This document shows positions 34,450-35,272 of a DNA stretch of 35,272 nt, in pieces. The DNA lies in IMG/VR virus record IMGVR_UViG_3300042901_001003, positions 1 through 35,272 of that record, one strand, 5' to 3'. The position numbers and the translations under genes are program-made. Position 1 is the stretch's first letter, and every line of letters begins with the position of its first letter. The notes below the pieces were generated by a model. The model was not told the origin of the DNA. It ran no database searches and saw only the letters and a program-made list of their open reading frames with translations. Source of the DNA: a virus. Lineage: Duplodnaviria; Caudoviricetes.

Positions 34450-35272
34450 ATGGCAGTTTTAATAAATCAAAAAGATTGCGTAACATCTCGCAAAAATTTA
34501 GGTTTACCAGATTGTATTATTCAAGAAGGTAGATTAACAGGTTTTATCCTTACTCCTAAAGGGTGGAGTATTGATTTAAGTACTGATACATTTGATAAGG
34601 CTTACGTTAATGAGCAAGTGCAATTAGGAAATTTTATTCCTGTATTGGGTGCTATTGAAGCAACAAATAACACTCCAGAAGCAACAACAGAAGAATATCA
34701 AGGTGGAGTTATGTCGGTAGTTCGTAATGGGTTACCACAATACGCATTTAAATTCTTAAAAGGTGGGTGGAAGTTTGCAAGTGCATTATCTACTTACAAC
34801 TCGTTTCAGGCGTTTGATGTATTATTTGTATTTTCAAGTGGTGCAATTGCTGGAGCAACTAACGGAACAGCGTTTACAGGTTTCGACTTAGGTATGTTGA
34901 ACAATGGTACATATATGTTTACAGATGGTGCTACTTCTGCAAGCGTAACTTGTTCAATGCAGTTAATTAACGAAACTCAATTTAATAGAGATGTAGCTAT
35001 TTTAGACGCTTCTGTTTTAGATTTTGCAGTTAACACTGATATTTTACCAATTACAGATATTATATTAACAGGTACGGCAGACGCTTCTGATAATAAAATT
35101 TATGTAGATGCTGTTTATGCAATTAATCAATCCACAAAATTAGGCGGTATTGCAAGTGCTAATTTAAAACTTTTCGTTAATGGTGCTACAAACGTTATCG
35201 TTTCAACAACTTACAACACCTTGAGTGGTAAGTATGAAATTGTACCAACAGCTACATTAACAGCGAGTGATA
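34450..35272 (+). CDS. Probable major tail protein (partial, runs off window; not in ORF track)
   Basis: Open frame from ATG 34450 MAVLINQKDC...NLGLPDC...GFILTPKGW to the window end; position after neck genes. Confidence 0.65.
   Translation, partial: MAVLINQKDCVTSRKNLGLPDCIIQEGRLTGFILTPKGWSIDLSTDTFDKAYVNEQVQLGNFIPVLGAIEATNNTPEATTEEYQGGVMSVVRNGLPQYAFKFLKGGWKFASALSTYNSFQAFDVLFVFSSGAIAGATNGTAFTGFDLGMLNNGTYMFTDGATSASVTCSMQLINETQFNRDVAILDASVLDFAVNTDILPITDIILTGTADASDNKIYVDAVYAINQSTKLGGIASANLKLFVNGATNVIVSTTYNTLSGKYEIVPTATLTASD

Noticed and set aside
1-35272. Integrase/IntI, reverse transcriptase (DGR/retron), tRNA or cas genes
   Set aside because: No R-H-R-Y tyrosine recombinase motifs, YxDD RT context, cloverleaf or Cas motifs recognised. 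The unseen remainder of the genome appears to be tail module but cannot be excluded.

Overview
AT-rich, near-complete genome segment of a tailed dsDNA phage with siphovirus-like gene order and an HK97-type head. The host is very probably Bacteroidota/Flavobacteriaceae-like (TAnnTTTG promoters, DUF3127-like protein). Layout: tail and lysis genes (1-8672, +); a leftward accessory operon (8792-18400, -); divergent promoters near 18420-18495; early, recombination and replication genes (18514-26382, +); an iteron-like repeat cluster (26366-26660); then terminase, GIY-YIG endonuclease, portal, protease, capsid, neck and tail genes (27089-end, +). Main finding: 11174-18196 is an integron-like gene-cassette array inside the phage. 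It has 13 complete and 1 truncated attC-like hairpin sites (TAACA...CGTTA, 103-137 bp). In 13 cassettes the left-end GTTA arm is the reverse complement of that same cassette's right-end TAAC arm, which is the signature of circular-cassette integration. Every cargo ORF is antisense to canonical cassette polarity, several start inside the attC-like site, stop codons sit at stereotyped positions, and no integrase is present in the window. Two copies of a promoter-proximal kissing-loop RNA motif also occur (22590-22686, 27527-27607). All calls were made by eye from sequence and motifs; no database searches were run.
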